From Lingula anatina (taxonomy: Eukaryota > Animalia > Brachiopoda): DNA of 64,000 nt. The position numbers and the translations under genes were made by a program. The stretch covers positions 7,626,001 through 7,690,000 of the forward strand of contig CM120641.1 of the NCBI GenBank assembly GCA_051362555.1, read 5' to 3'. The notes under the pieces were generated by a model that worked only from the letters and a program-made list of their open reading frames with translations, made no database searches and had not been told where the DNA came from. This document shows, piece after piece, positions 51,701-64,000 of this stretch. Numbering within the stretch: the stretch's first letter is position 1; each line of letters begins with the position of its first letter.

Positions 51701-54700
51701 ATAGCAGTTGTACACATGTACATCCAATCTGGCGCTCTCCGTGACAAGGTTGAAAGTTTCCATCTGATCGTGTTGGTCGACGAAGCTGTCGTGGCTGCGT
51801 GGTAACTCTGCTGCTTTGCAGATAGGCAGGAACTCGGTCGATGGTTCGAGTCCCAGTAGATACTGTGTCATTTTTTGCCAGAATTAATTTTCTAAAAATT
51901 GCGCTTGATTACTATAAGAGGAAACTCGCACGTACGGAGGGTGGGCGGGTCAGTCACGGAGCAGTCGGTAGCGTGCATGGATGCAAATGAGACTGCCGAA
52001 GCGTCATCAACCTTGTTAACGCAAAGTCACGGGTTCGAGTCCCGGATGAGGCACGTCACGACAACGACCTGGCCCCTGAATCGGGATGCCACGAGACGGG
52101 ATTGAATGAGGGCTCTCGTGGGATTTAGCAAATTACCTTTTGCGTAAAAATACGGTATACTTCAGAAAGTTTAAATCTGCTTCGACAATTATATTTCCTT
52201 GCTCTTCAGTTAAAAGTCCTTATATTGCTGCCACGATCTTGAACTTAAACTGAGCTAAAGCTAACTCCGTACGTACTGCATTTCATCAAAATGTGCTATC
52301 TTTTTGGTGGGATTATCAGAGAGAAAACTTTTGATTTTTTACAAAAGTTGCGTCGCCTCTACTCCTTTTATCAGGCACAAGCTTTGTCTTTTTATGCCCC
52401 TCCTTTCCTATCTTGGGCCCTTGCTTCTCAAGACCGTTCATATGTTCATGCAGTACCCGGGGCAAGTCCGCAGTCGACATTTGAAAGAGTAAAGACTACT
52501 CAATACTAAAACCGCCGAGGTTTGAACAGCTGTGCATCTCACCGTGCTCTTTAACGTCAAAGGTGAAACCAAACGTTATCTCAGTGCAAAACAAAATGAA
52601 AATAAAGGCATCTGAAGTCATTTAACTATAGGAACGTTCAGAACAGGCCTATCAATGAATGCGATCCAACTTGTTTTGATTCAGTAGCTTTTCCCGTATA
52701 ACAGCAGGTCATACCACCTGTTAACCGTGTTCGGTAGAAAAACGATGTCTCCTCGGCAGAATTATTTGCCAAATATGTTTCACTCAAAATTACCATTGAA
52801 TGTTATTTATTATTATTATTATTTTTTTTTTTTTGATTCTCTCCTCTTAGGTTCTCACTAAAAGTAAAACACGCCTGTTGTGAACCTCCTCTGATCCGTG
52901 TGGACTCTTTAATATCATGGGTAAATCCAAAATAAATCTCAGTATGAAACAAACTCCGAGCTCCGTGTCGGGTTCTCAAACACGATTTCCTGTGCATCAT
53001 GAACTTTACCGTTCATGTCTGGGACTGGGGTTTTGTAGGATGAAATGGGGCACCGGGATTATCGATTGGGATAGCAGTTGTACACATGTACATCCAATCT
53101 GGCGCTCTCCGTGACAAGGTTGAAAGTTTCCATCTGATCGTGTTGGTCGACGAAGCTGTCGTGGCTGCGTGGTAACTCTGCTGCTTTGCAGATAGGCAGG
53201 AACTCGGTCGATGGTTCGAGTCCCAGTAGATACTGTGTCATTTTTTGCCAGAATTAATTTTCTAAAAATTGCGCTTGATTACTATAAGAGGAAACTCGCA
53301 CGTACGGAGGGTGGGCGGGTCAGTCACGGAGCAGTCGGTAGCGTGCATGGATGCAAATGAGACAGCCGAAGCGTCATCAACCTTGTTAACGCAAAGTCAC
53401 GGGTTCGAGTCCCGGATGAGGCACGTCACGACAACGACCTGGCCCCTGAATCGGGATGCCACGAGACGGGATTGAATGAGGGCTCTCGTGGGACTTAGCA
53501 AATTACCTTTTGCGTAAAAATACGGTATACTTCAGAAAGTTTAAATCTGCTTCGACAATTATATTTCCTTGCTCTTCAGTTAAAAGTCCTTATATTGCTG
53601 CCACGATCTTGAACTTAAACTGAGCTAAAGCTAACTCCGTACGTACTGCATTTCATCAAAATGTGCTATCTTTTTGGTGGGATTATCAGAGAGAAAACTT
53701 TTGATTTTTTACAAAAGTTGCGTCGCCTCTACTCCTTTTATCAGGCACAAGCTTTGTCTTTTTATGCCCCTCCTTTCCTATCTTGGGCCCTTGCTTCTCA
53801 AGACCGTTCATATGTTCATGCAGTACCCGGGGCAAGTCCGCAGTCGACATTTGAAAGAGTAAAGACTACTCAATACTAAAACCGCCGAGGTTTGAACAGC
53901 TGTGCATCTCACCGTGCTCTTTAACGTCAAAGGTGAAACCAAACGTTATCTCAGTGCAAAACAAAATGAAAATAAAGGCATCTGAAGTCATTTAACTATA
54001 GGAACGTTCAGAACAGGCCTATCAATGAATGCGATCCAACTTGTTTTGATTCAGTAGCTTTTCCCGTATAACAGCAGGTCATACCACCTGTCAACCGTGT
54101 TCAGTAGAAAAACGATGTCTCCTCGGCAGAATTATTTGCCAAATATGTTTCACTCAAAATTACCATTGAATGTTATTTATTATTATTATTATTTTTATTA
54201 TTATTTTTTTTTTTGATTCTCTCCTCTTAGGTTCTCACTAAAAGTAAAACACGCCTGTTGTGAACCTCCTCTGATCCGTGTGGACTCTTTAATATTATGG
54301 GTAAATTCAAAATAAATCTCAGTATGAAACAAACTCCGAGCTCCGTGTCGGGTTCTCAAACACGATTTCCTGTGCATCATGAACTTTACCGTTCATGTCT
54401 GGGACTGGGGTTTTGTAGGATGAAATGGGGCACCGGGATTATCGATTGGGATAGCAGTTGTACACATGTACATCCAATCTGGCGCTCTCCGTGACAAGGT
54501 TGAAAGTTTCCATCTGATCGTTGCTGGTCGACGAAGCTGTCGTGGCTGCGTGGTAACTCTGCTACTTTGCTGATAGGCAGGAACTCGGTCGATGGTTCGA
54601 GTCCCAGTAGATACTGTGTCATTTTTTGCCAGAATTAATTTTCTAAAAATTGCGCTTGATTACTATAAGAGGAAACTCGCACGTACGGAGGGTGGGCGGG

Positions 54701-57700
54701 TCAGTCACGGAGCAGTCGGTAGCGTGCATGGATGCAAATGAGACAGCCGAAGCGTCATCAACCTTGTTAACGCAAAGTCACGGGTTCGAGTCCCGGATGA
54801 GGCACGTCACGACAACGACCTGGCCCCTGAATCGGGATGCCACGAGACGGGATTGAATGAGGGCTCTCGTGGGACTTAGCAAATTACCTTTTGCGTAAAA
54901 ATACGGTATACTTCAGAAAGTTTAAATCTGCTTCGACAATTATATTTCCTTGCTCTTCAGTTAAAAGTCCTTATATTGCTGCCACGATCTTGAACTTAAA
55001 CTGAGCTAAAGCTAACTCCGTACGTACTGCATTTCATCAAAATGTGCTATCTTTTTGGTGGGATTATCAGAGAGAAAACTTTTGATTTTTTACAAAAGTT
55101 GCGTCGCCTCTACTCCTTTTATCAGGCACAAGCTTTGTCTTTTTATGCCCCTCCTTTCCTATCTTGGGCCCTTGCTTCTCAAGACCGTTCATATGTTCAT
55201 GCAGTACCCGGGGCAAGTCCGCAGTCGACATTTGAAAGAGTAAAGACTACTCAATACTAAAACCGCCGAGGTTTGAACAGCTGTGCATCTCACCGTGCTC
55301 TTTAACGTCAAAGGTGAAACCAAACGTTATCTCAGTGCAAAACAAAATGAAAATAAAGGCATCTGAAGTCATTTAACTATAGGAACGTTCAGAACAGGCC
55401 TATCAATGAATGCGATCCAACTTGTTTTGATTCAGTAGCTTTTCCCGTATAACAGCAGGTCATACCACCTGTTAACCGTGTTCGGTAGAAAAACGATGTC
55501 TCCTCGGCAGAATTATTTGCCAAATATGTTTCACTCAAAATTACCATTGAATGTTATTTATTATTATTATTTTTTTTTTTTTTTGATTCTCTCCTCTTAG
55601 GTTCTCACTAAAAGTAAAACACGCCTGTTGTGAACCTCCTCTGATCCGTGTGGACTCTTTAATATCATGGGTAAATCCAAAATAAATCTCAGTATGAAAC
55701 AAACTCCGAGCTCCGTGTCGGGTTCTCAAACACGATTTCCTGTGCATCATGAACTTTACCGTTCATGTCTGGGACTGGGGTTTTGTAGGATGAAATGGGG
55801 CACCGGGATTATCGATTGGGATAGCAGTTGTACACATGTACATCCAATCTGGCGCTCTCCGTGACAAGGTTGAAAGTTTCCATCTGATCGTGTTGGTCGA
55901 CGAAGCTGTCGTGGCTGCGTGGTAACTCTGCTGCTTTGCAGATAGGCAGGAACTCGGTCGATGGTTCGAGTCCCAGTAGATACTGTGTCATTTTTTGCCA
56001 GAATTAATTTTCTAAAAATTGCGCTTGATTACTATAAGAGGAAACTCGCACGTACGGAGGGTGGGCGGGTCAGTCACGGAGCAGTCGGTAGCGTGCATGG
56101 ATGCAAATGAGACAGCCGAAGCGTCATCAACCTTGTTAACGCAAAGTCACGGGTTCGAGTCCCGGATGAGGCACGTCACGACAACGACCTGGCCCCTGAA
56201 TCGGGATGCCACGAGACGGGATTGAATGAGGGCTCTCGTGGGACTTAGCAAATTACCTTTTGCGTAAAAATACGGTATACTTCAGAAAGTTTAAATCTGC
56301 TTCGACAATTATATTTCCTTGCTCTTCAGTTAAAAGTCCTTATATTGCTGCCACGATCTTGAACTTAAACTGAGCTAAAGCTAACTCCGTACGTACTGCA
56401 TTTCATCAAAATGTGCTATCTTTTTGGTGGGATTATCAGAGAGAAAACTTTTGATTTTTTACAAAAGTTGCGTCGCCTCTACTCCTTTTATCAGGCACAA
56501 GCTTTGTCTTTTTATGCCCCTCCTTTCCTATCTTGGGCCCTTGCTTCTCAAGACCGTTCATATGTTCATGCAGTACCCGGGGCAAGTCCGCAGTCGACAT
56601 TTGAAAGAGTAAAGACTACTCAATACTAAAACCGCCGAGGTTTGAACAGCTGTGCATCTCACCGTGCTCTTTAACGTCAAAGGTGAAACCAAACGTTATC
56701 TCAGTGCAAAACAAAATGAAAATAAAGGCATCTGAAGTCATTTAACTATAGGAACGTTCAGAACAGGCCTATCAATGAATGCGATCCAACTTGTTTTGAT
56801 TCAGTAGCTTTTCCCGTATAACAGCAGGTCATACCACCTGTCAACCGTGTTCAGTAGAAAAACGATGTCTCCTCGGCAGAATTATTTGCCAAATATGTTT
56901 CACTCAAAATTACCATTGAATGTTATTTATTATTATTATTATTTTTATTTTATTTTTTTTTTTTTTGATTCTCTCCTCTTAGGTTCTCACTAAAAGTAAA
57001 ACACGCCTGTTGTGAACCTCCTCTGATCCGTGTGGACTCTTTAATATTATGGGTAAATTCAAAATAAATCTCAGTATGAAACAAACTCCGAGCTCCGTGT
57101 CGGGTTCTCAAACACGATTTCCTGTGCATCATGAACTTTACCGTTCATGTCTGGGACTGGGGTTTTGTAGGATGAAATGGGGCACCGGGATTATCGATTG
57201 GGATAGCAGTTGTACACATGTACATCCAATCTGGCGCTCTCCGTGACAAGGTTGAAAGTTTCCATCTGATCGTTGCTGGTCGACGAAGCTGTCGTGGCTG
57301 CGTGGTAACTCTGCTGCTTTGCTGATAGGCAGGAACTCGGTCGATGGTTCGAGTCCCAGTAGATACTGTGTCATTTTTTGCCAGAATTAATTTTCTAAAA
57401 ATTGCGCTTGATTACTATAAGAGGAAACTCGCACGTACGGAGGGTGGGCGGGTCAGTCACGGAGCAGTCGGAAGCGTGCATGGATGCAAATGAGACAGCC
57501 GAAGCGTCATCAACCTTGTTAACGCAAAGTCACGGGTTCGAGTCCCGGATGAGGCACGTCACGACAACGACCTGGCCCCTGAATCGGGATGCCACGAGAC
57601 GGGATTGAATGAGGGCTCTCGTGGGACTTAGCAAATTACCTTTTGCGTAAAAATACGGTATACTTCAGAAAGTTTAAATCTGCTTCGACAATTATATTTC

Positions 57701-60700
57701 CTTGCTCTTCAGTTAAAAGTCCTTATATTGCTGCCACGATCTTGAACTTAAACTGAGCTAAAGCTAACTCCGTACGTACTGCATTTCATCAAAATGTGCT
57801 ATCTTTTTGGTGGGATTATCAGAGAGAAAACTTTTGATTTTTTACAAAAGTTGCGTCGCCTCTACTCCTTTTATCAGGCACAAGCTTTGTCTTTTTATGC
57901 CCCTCCTTTCCTATCTTGGGCCCTTGCTTCTCAAGACCGTTCATATGTTCATGCAGTACCCGGGGCAAGTCCGCAGTCGACATTTGAAAGAGTAAAGACT
58001 ACTCAATACTAAAACCGCCGAGGTTTGAACAGCTGTGCATCTCACCGTGCTCTTTAACGTCAAAGGTGAAACCAAACGTTATCTCAGTGCAAAACAAAAT
58101 GAAAATAAAGGCATCTGAAGTCATTTAACTATAGGAACGTTCAGAACAGGCCTATCAATGAATGCGATCCAACTTGTTTTGATTCAGTAGCTTTTCCCGT
58201 ATAACAGCAGGTCATACCACCTGTTAACCGTGTTCGGTAGAAAAACGATGTCTCCTCGGCAGAATTATTTGCCAAATATGTTTCACTCAAAATTACCATT
58301 GAATGTTATTTATTATTATTATTATTATTTTTTTTTTTGATTCTCTCCTCTTAGGTTCTCACTAAAAGTAAAACACGCCTGTTGTGAACCTCCTCTGATC
58401 CGTGTGGACTCTTTAATATCATGGGTAAATCCAAAATAAATCTCAGTATGAAACAAACTCCGAGCTCCGTGTCGGGTTCTCAAACACGATTTCCTGTGCA
58501 TCATGAACTTTACCGTTCATGTCTGGGACTGGGGTTTTGTAGGATGAAATGGGGCACCGGGATTATCGATTGGGATAGCAGTTGTACACATGTACATCCA
58601 ATCTGGCGCTCTCCGTGACAAGGTTGAAAGTTTCCATCTGATCGTGTTGGTCGACGAAGCTGTCGTGGCTGCGTGGTAACTCTGCTGCTTTGCAGATAGG
58701 CAGGAACTCGGTCGATGGTTCGAGTCCCAGTAGATACTGTGTCATTTTTTGCCAGAATTAATTTTCTAAAAATTGCGCTTGATTACTATAAGAGGAAACT
58801 CGCACGTACGGAGGGTGGGCGGGTCAGTCACGGAGCAGTCGGTAGCGTGCATGGATGCAAATGAGACAGCCGAAGCGTCATCAACCTTGTTAACGCAAAG
58901 TCACGGGTTCGAGTCCCGGATGAGGCACGTCACGACAACGACCTGGCCCCTGAATCGGGATGCCACGAGACGGGATTGAATGAGGGCTCTCGTGGGACTT
59001 AGCAAATTACCTTTTGCGTAAAAATACGGTATACTTCAGAAAGTTTAAATCTGCTTCGACAATTATATTTCCTTGCTCTTCAGTTAAAAGTCCTTATATT
59101 GCTGCCACGATCTTGAACTTAAACTGAGCTAAAGCTAACTCCGTACGTACTGCATTTCATCAAAATGTGCTATCTTTTTGGTGGGATTATCAGAGAGAAA
59201 ACTTTTGATTTTTTACAAAAGTTGCGTCGCCTCTACTCCTTTTATCAGGCACAAGCTTTGTCTTTTTATGCCCCTCCTTTCCTATCTTGGGCCCTTGCTT
59301 CTCAAGACCGTTCATATGTTCATGCAGTACCCGGGGCAAGTCCGCAGTCGACATTTGAAAGAGTAAAGACTACTCAATACTAAAACCGCCGAGGTTTGAA
59401 CAGCTGTGCATCTCACCGTGCTCTTTAACGTCAAAGGTGAAACCAAACGTTATCTCAGTGCAAAACAAAATGAAAATAAAGGCATCTGAAGTCATTTAAC
59501 TATAGGAACGTTCAGAACAGGCCTATCAATGAATGCGATCCAACTTGTTTTGATTCAGTAGCTTTTCCCGTATAACAGCAGGTCATACCACCTGTTAACC
59601 GTGTTCGGTAGAAAAACGATGTCTCCTCGGCAGAATTATTTGCCAAATATGTTTCACTCAAAATTACCATTGAATGTTATTTATTATTATTATTATTATT
59701 ATTTTTTTTTTGATTCTCTCCTCTTAGGTTCTCACTAAAAGTAAAACACGCCTGTTGTGAGCCTCCTCTGATCCGTGTGGACTCTTTAATATCATGGGTA
59801 AATCCAAAATAAATCTCAGTATGAAACAAACTCCGAGCTCCGTGTCGGGTTCTCAAACACGATTTCCTGTGCATCATGAACTTTACCGTTCATGTCTGGG
59901 ACTGGGGTTTTGTAGGATGAAATGGGGCACCGGGATTATCGATTGGGATAGCAGTTGTACACATGTACATCCAATCTGGCGCTCTCCGTGACAAGGTTGA
60001 AAGTTTCCATCTGATCGTTGCTGGTCGACGAAGCTGTCGTGGCTGCGTGGTAACTCTGCTGCTTTGCAGATAGGCAGGAACTCGGTCGATGGTTCGAGTC
60101 CCAGTAGATACTGTGTCATTTTTTGCCAGAATTAATTTTCTAAAAATTGCGCTTGATTACTATAAGAGGAAACTCGCACGTACGGAGGGTGGGCGGGTCA
60201 GTCACGGAGCAGTCGGTAGCGTGCATGGATGCAAATGAGACAGCCGAAGCGTCATCAACCTTGTTAACGCAAAGTCACGGGTTCGAGTCCCGGATGAGGC
60301 ACGTCACGACAACGACCTGGCCCCTGAATCGGGATGCCACGAGACGGGATTGAATGAGGGCTCTCGTGGGACTTAGCAAATTACCTTTTGCGTAAAAATA
60401 CGGTATACTTCAGAAAGTTTAAATCTGCTTCGACAATTATATTTCCTTGCTCTTCAGTTAAAAGTCCTTATATTGCTGCCACGATCTTGAACTTAAACTG
60501 AGCTAAAGCTAACTCCGTACGTACTGCATTTCATCAAAATGTGCTATCTTTTTGGTGGGATTATCAGAGAGAAAACTTTTGATTTTTTACAAAAGTTGCG
60601 TCGCCTCTACTCCTTTTATCAGGCACAAGCTTTGTCTTTTTATGCCCCTCCTTTCCTATCTTGGGCCCTTGCTTCTCAAGACCGTTCATATGTTCATGCA

Positions 60701-63700
60701 GTACCCGGGGCAAGTCCGCAGTCGACATTTGAAAGAGTAAAGACTACTCAATACTAAAACCGCCGAGGTTTGAACAGCTGTGCATCTCACCGTGCTCTTT
60801 AACGTCAAAGGTGAAACCAAACGTTATCTCAGTGCAAAACAAAATGAAAATAAAGGCATCTGAAGTCATTTAACTATAGGAACGTTCAGAACAGGCCTAT
60901 CAATGAATGCGATCCAACTTGTTTTGATTCAGTAGCTTTTCCCGTATAACAGCAGGTCATACCACCTGTCAACCGTGTTCAGTAGAAAAACGATGTCTCC
61001 TCGGCAGAATTATTTGCCAAATATGTTTCACTCAAAATTACCATTGAATGTTATTTATTATTATTATTATTTTTATTATTATTTTTTTTTTGATTCTCTC
61101 CTCTTAGGTTCTCTCTAAAAGTAAAACACGCCTGTTGTGAACCGCCTCTGATCCGTGTGGACTCTTTAATATCATGGGTAAATCCAAAATAAATCTCAGT
61201 ATGAAACAAACTCCGAGCTCCGTGTTGGGTTCTCAAACACGATTTTCTGTGCATCATGAACTTTACCGTTCATGTCTGGGACTGGGGTTTTGTAGGATGA
61301 AATGGGGCACCGGGATTATCGATTGGGATAGCAGTTGTACACATGTACATCCAATCTGGCGCTCTCCGTGACAAGGTTGAAAGTTTCCATCTGATCGTTG
61401 CTGGTCGACGAAGCTGTCGTGGCTGCGTGGTAACTCTGCTGCTTTGCAGATAGGCAAGAACTCGGACGATAGTTCGAGTCCCAGTAGATACTGTGTCATT
61501 TATTGCCAGAATTAATTTTTTAAAAATTGCGCTTGATTACTATAAGAGGAAACTCGCACGTACGGAGGGTGGCGGGTCAGTCACGGAGCAGTCGGTAGCG
61601 TGCATGGATGCAAATGAGACAGCCGAAGCGTCATCAACCTTGGTAACGCAAAGTCACGGGTTCGAGTCCCGGATGAGGCACGTCACGACAACGACCTGGC
61701 CCCTGAATCGGGATGCCACGAGACGGGAATGAATGAGGGCTCTCGTGGGACTTAGCAAATTACCTTTTGCGTAAAAATACGGTATACTTCAGAAAGTTTA
61801 AATCTGCTTCGACAATTATATTTCCTTGCTCTTCAGTTAAAAGTCCTTATATTGCTGCCACGATCTTGAACTTAAACTGAGCTAAAGCTAACTCCGTACG
61901 TACTGCATTTCATCAAAATGTGCTATCTTTTTGGTGGGATTATCAGAGAGAAAACTTTTGATTTTTTACAAAAGTTGCGTCGCCTCTACTCCTTTTATCA
62001 GGCACAAGCTTTGTCTTTTTATGCCCCTCCCTTCCTATCTTGGGCCCTTGCTTCTCAAGACCGTTCATATGTTCATGCAGTACCCGGGGCAAGTCCGCAG
62101 TCGACATTTGAAAGAGTAAAGACTACTCAATACTAAAACCGCCGAGGTTTGAACAGCTGTGCATCTCACCGTGCTCTATAACGTCAAAGGTGAAACCAAA
62201 CGTTATCTCAGTGCAAAACAAAATGAAAATAAAGGCATCTGAAGTCATTTAACTATAGGAACGTTCAGAACAGGCCTATCAATGAATGCGATCCAACTTG
62301 TTTTGATTCAGTAGCTTTTCCCGTATAACAGCAGGTCATACCACCTGTTAACCGTGTTCGGTAGAAAAACGATGTCTCCTCGGCAGAATTATTTGCCAAA
62401 TATGTTTCACTCAACCATTGAATGTTATTTATTATTATAATTATTTTTTTTTTTTTTATTCTCTCCTCTTAGGTTCTCACTAAAAGTAAAACACGCCTGT
62501 TGTGAACCTCCTCTGATCCGTGTGGACTCTTTAATATCATGGGTAAATCCAAAATAAATCTCAGTATGAAACAAACTCCGAGCTCCGTGTCGGGTTCTCA
62601 AACACGATTTCCTGTGCATCATGAGCTTTACCGTTTATGTCTGGGACTGGGGTTTTGTAGGATGAAATGGGGCACCGGGATTATCGATTGGGATAGCAGT
62701 TGTACACATGTACATCCAATCTGGCGCTCTCCGTGACAAGGTTGAAAGTTTCCATCTGATCGTTGCTGGTCGACGAAGCTGTCGTGGCTGCGTGGTAACT
62801 CTGCTGCTTTGCAGATAGGCAGGAACTCGGACGATGGTTCGAGTCCCAGTAGATACTGTGTCATTTTTTGCCAGAATTAATTTTCTAAAAATTGCGCTTG
62901 ATTACTATAAGAGGAAACTCGCACGTACGGAGGGTGGGCGGGTCAGTCACGGAGCAGTCGGTAGCGTGCATGGATGGAAATGAGACAGCCGAAGCGTCAT
63001 CAACCTTGGTAACGCAAAGTCACGGGTTCGAGTCCCGGATGAGGCACGTCACGACAACGACCTGGCCCCTGAATCGGGATGCCACGAGACGGGAATGAAT
63101 GAGGGCTCTCGTGGGACTTAGCAAATTACCTTTTGCGTAAAAATACGGTATACTTCAGAAAGTTTAAATCTGCTTCGACAATTATATTTCCTTGCTCTTC
63201 AGTTAAAAGTACTTATATTGCTGCCACGATCTTGAACTTAAACTGAGCTAAAGCTAACTCCGTGCGTACTGCATTTCATCAAAATGTTCTCTCTAAAAGT
63301 AAAACACGCCTGTTGTGAACCGCCTCTGATCCGTGTGGACTCTTTAATATCATGGGTAAATCCAAAATAAATCTCAGTATGAAACAAACTCCGAGCTCCG
63401 TGTCGGGTTCTCAAACACGATTTCCTGTGCATCATGAACTTTACCGTTCATGTCTGGGACTGGGGTTTTGTAGGATGAAATGGGGCACCGGGATTATCGA
63501 TTGGGATAGCAGTTGTACACATGTACATCCAATCTGGCGCTCTCCGTGACAAGGTTGAAAGTTTCCATCTGATCGTGTTGGTCGACGAAGCTGTCGTGGC
63601 TGCGTGGTAACTCTGCTGCTTTGCAGATAGGCAGGAACTCGGTCGATGGTTCGAGACGGGATTGAATGAGGGCTCTCGTGGGACTTAGCAAATTACCTTT

Positions 63701-64000
63701 TGCGTAAAAATACGGTATACTTCAGAAAGTTTAAATCTGCTTCGACAATTATATTTCCTTGCTCTTCAGTTAAAAGTCCTTATATTGCTGCCACGATCTT
63801 GAACTTAAACTGAGCTAAAGCTAACTCCGTACGTACTGCATTTCATCAAAATGTGCTATCTTTTTGGTGGGATTATCAGAGAGAAAACTTTTGATTTTTT
63901 ACAAAAGTTGCGTCGCCTCTACTCCTTTTATCAGGCACAAGCTTTGTCTTTTTATGCCCCTCCTTTCCTATCTTGGGCCCTTGCTTCTCAAGACCGTTCA

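Larger units (their letters stand above)
36919..64000 (+). repeat. Tandem array (macrosatellite), ~1375-bp unit, 19 full units plus 2 internally deleted units; continues past the window
   Basis: Equivalent positions recur at 37159, 38533, 39914, 41286, 42666, 44038, 45412, 46789, 48164, 49547, 50918, 52291, 53661, 55042, 56411, 57794, 59165, 60539 and 61918. The period of 1369-1383 bp varies mainly through a (TTA)n-Tn tract. Confidence 0.99.

Noticed and set aside
37159-63691. Recurrent 60-79 aa ORFs in the array (MCYLFGG..., MGKSKIN..., MRLITIR..., MTQYLLG...)
   Set aside because: Short, overlapping on both strands, with no recognisable domain. Several are broken by indels or stops in some units. 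Their recurrence only reflects the DNA repeat.
36919-64000. CRISPR-like array
   Set aside because: Eukaryotic context, kb-size near-identical units, no unique spacers and no cas genes.

Overview
AT-rich animal genomic DNA, probably a marine invertebrate (the taxon cannot be fixed from sequence alone). Exon and element boundaries were read by eye. (1) 1-16.0 kb is transposon-filled and probably intronic. It holds a minus-strand CR1/L2-type LINE (APE endonuclease + RT) and a 12-kb Academ-like element (3511-15511, ~0.8-kb TIRs, ACC TSD). Two TA-TSD elements and a 5-bp-TSD MITE are nested inside that element. (2) 16.0-29.6 kb has 28 exons of M1 aminopeptidase-N sequence. The C-terminal exons of one unit can splice in frame into a complete ~900-aa second unit, which points to a tandem multi-aminopeptidase polyprotein. 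The junction donor overlaps an in-frame stop. (3) 33.2-35.7 kb is a two-exon minus-strand gene for an acidic Ser/Thr-rich protein, with two CRE palindromes upstream. (4) 36.9-64 kb is a highly homogeneous ~1.375-kb tandem array (19 full units plus 2 deleted units). Each unit carries two head-to-tail Pol III type-2 (A-box/B-box) cassettes: a ~91-nt one with vault-RNA-like architecture, and a ~130-200-nt tRNA-derived one with a TATA at -30. The Pol III array and the aminopeptidase fusion are the main candidates for undescribed biology.
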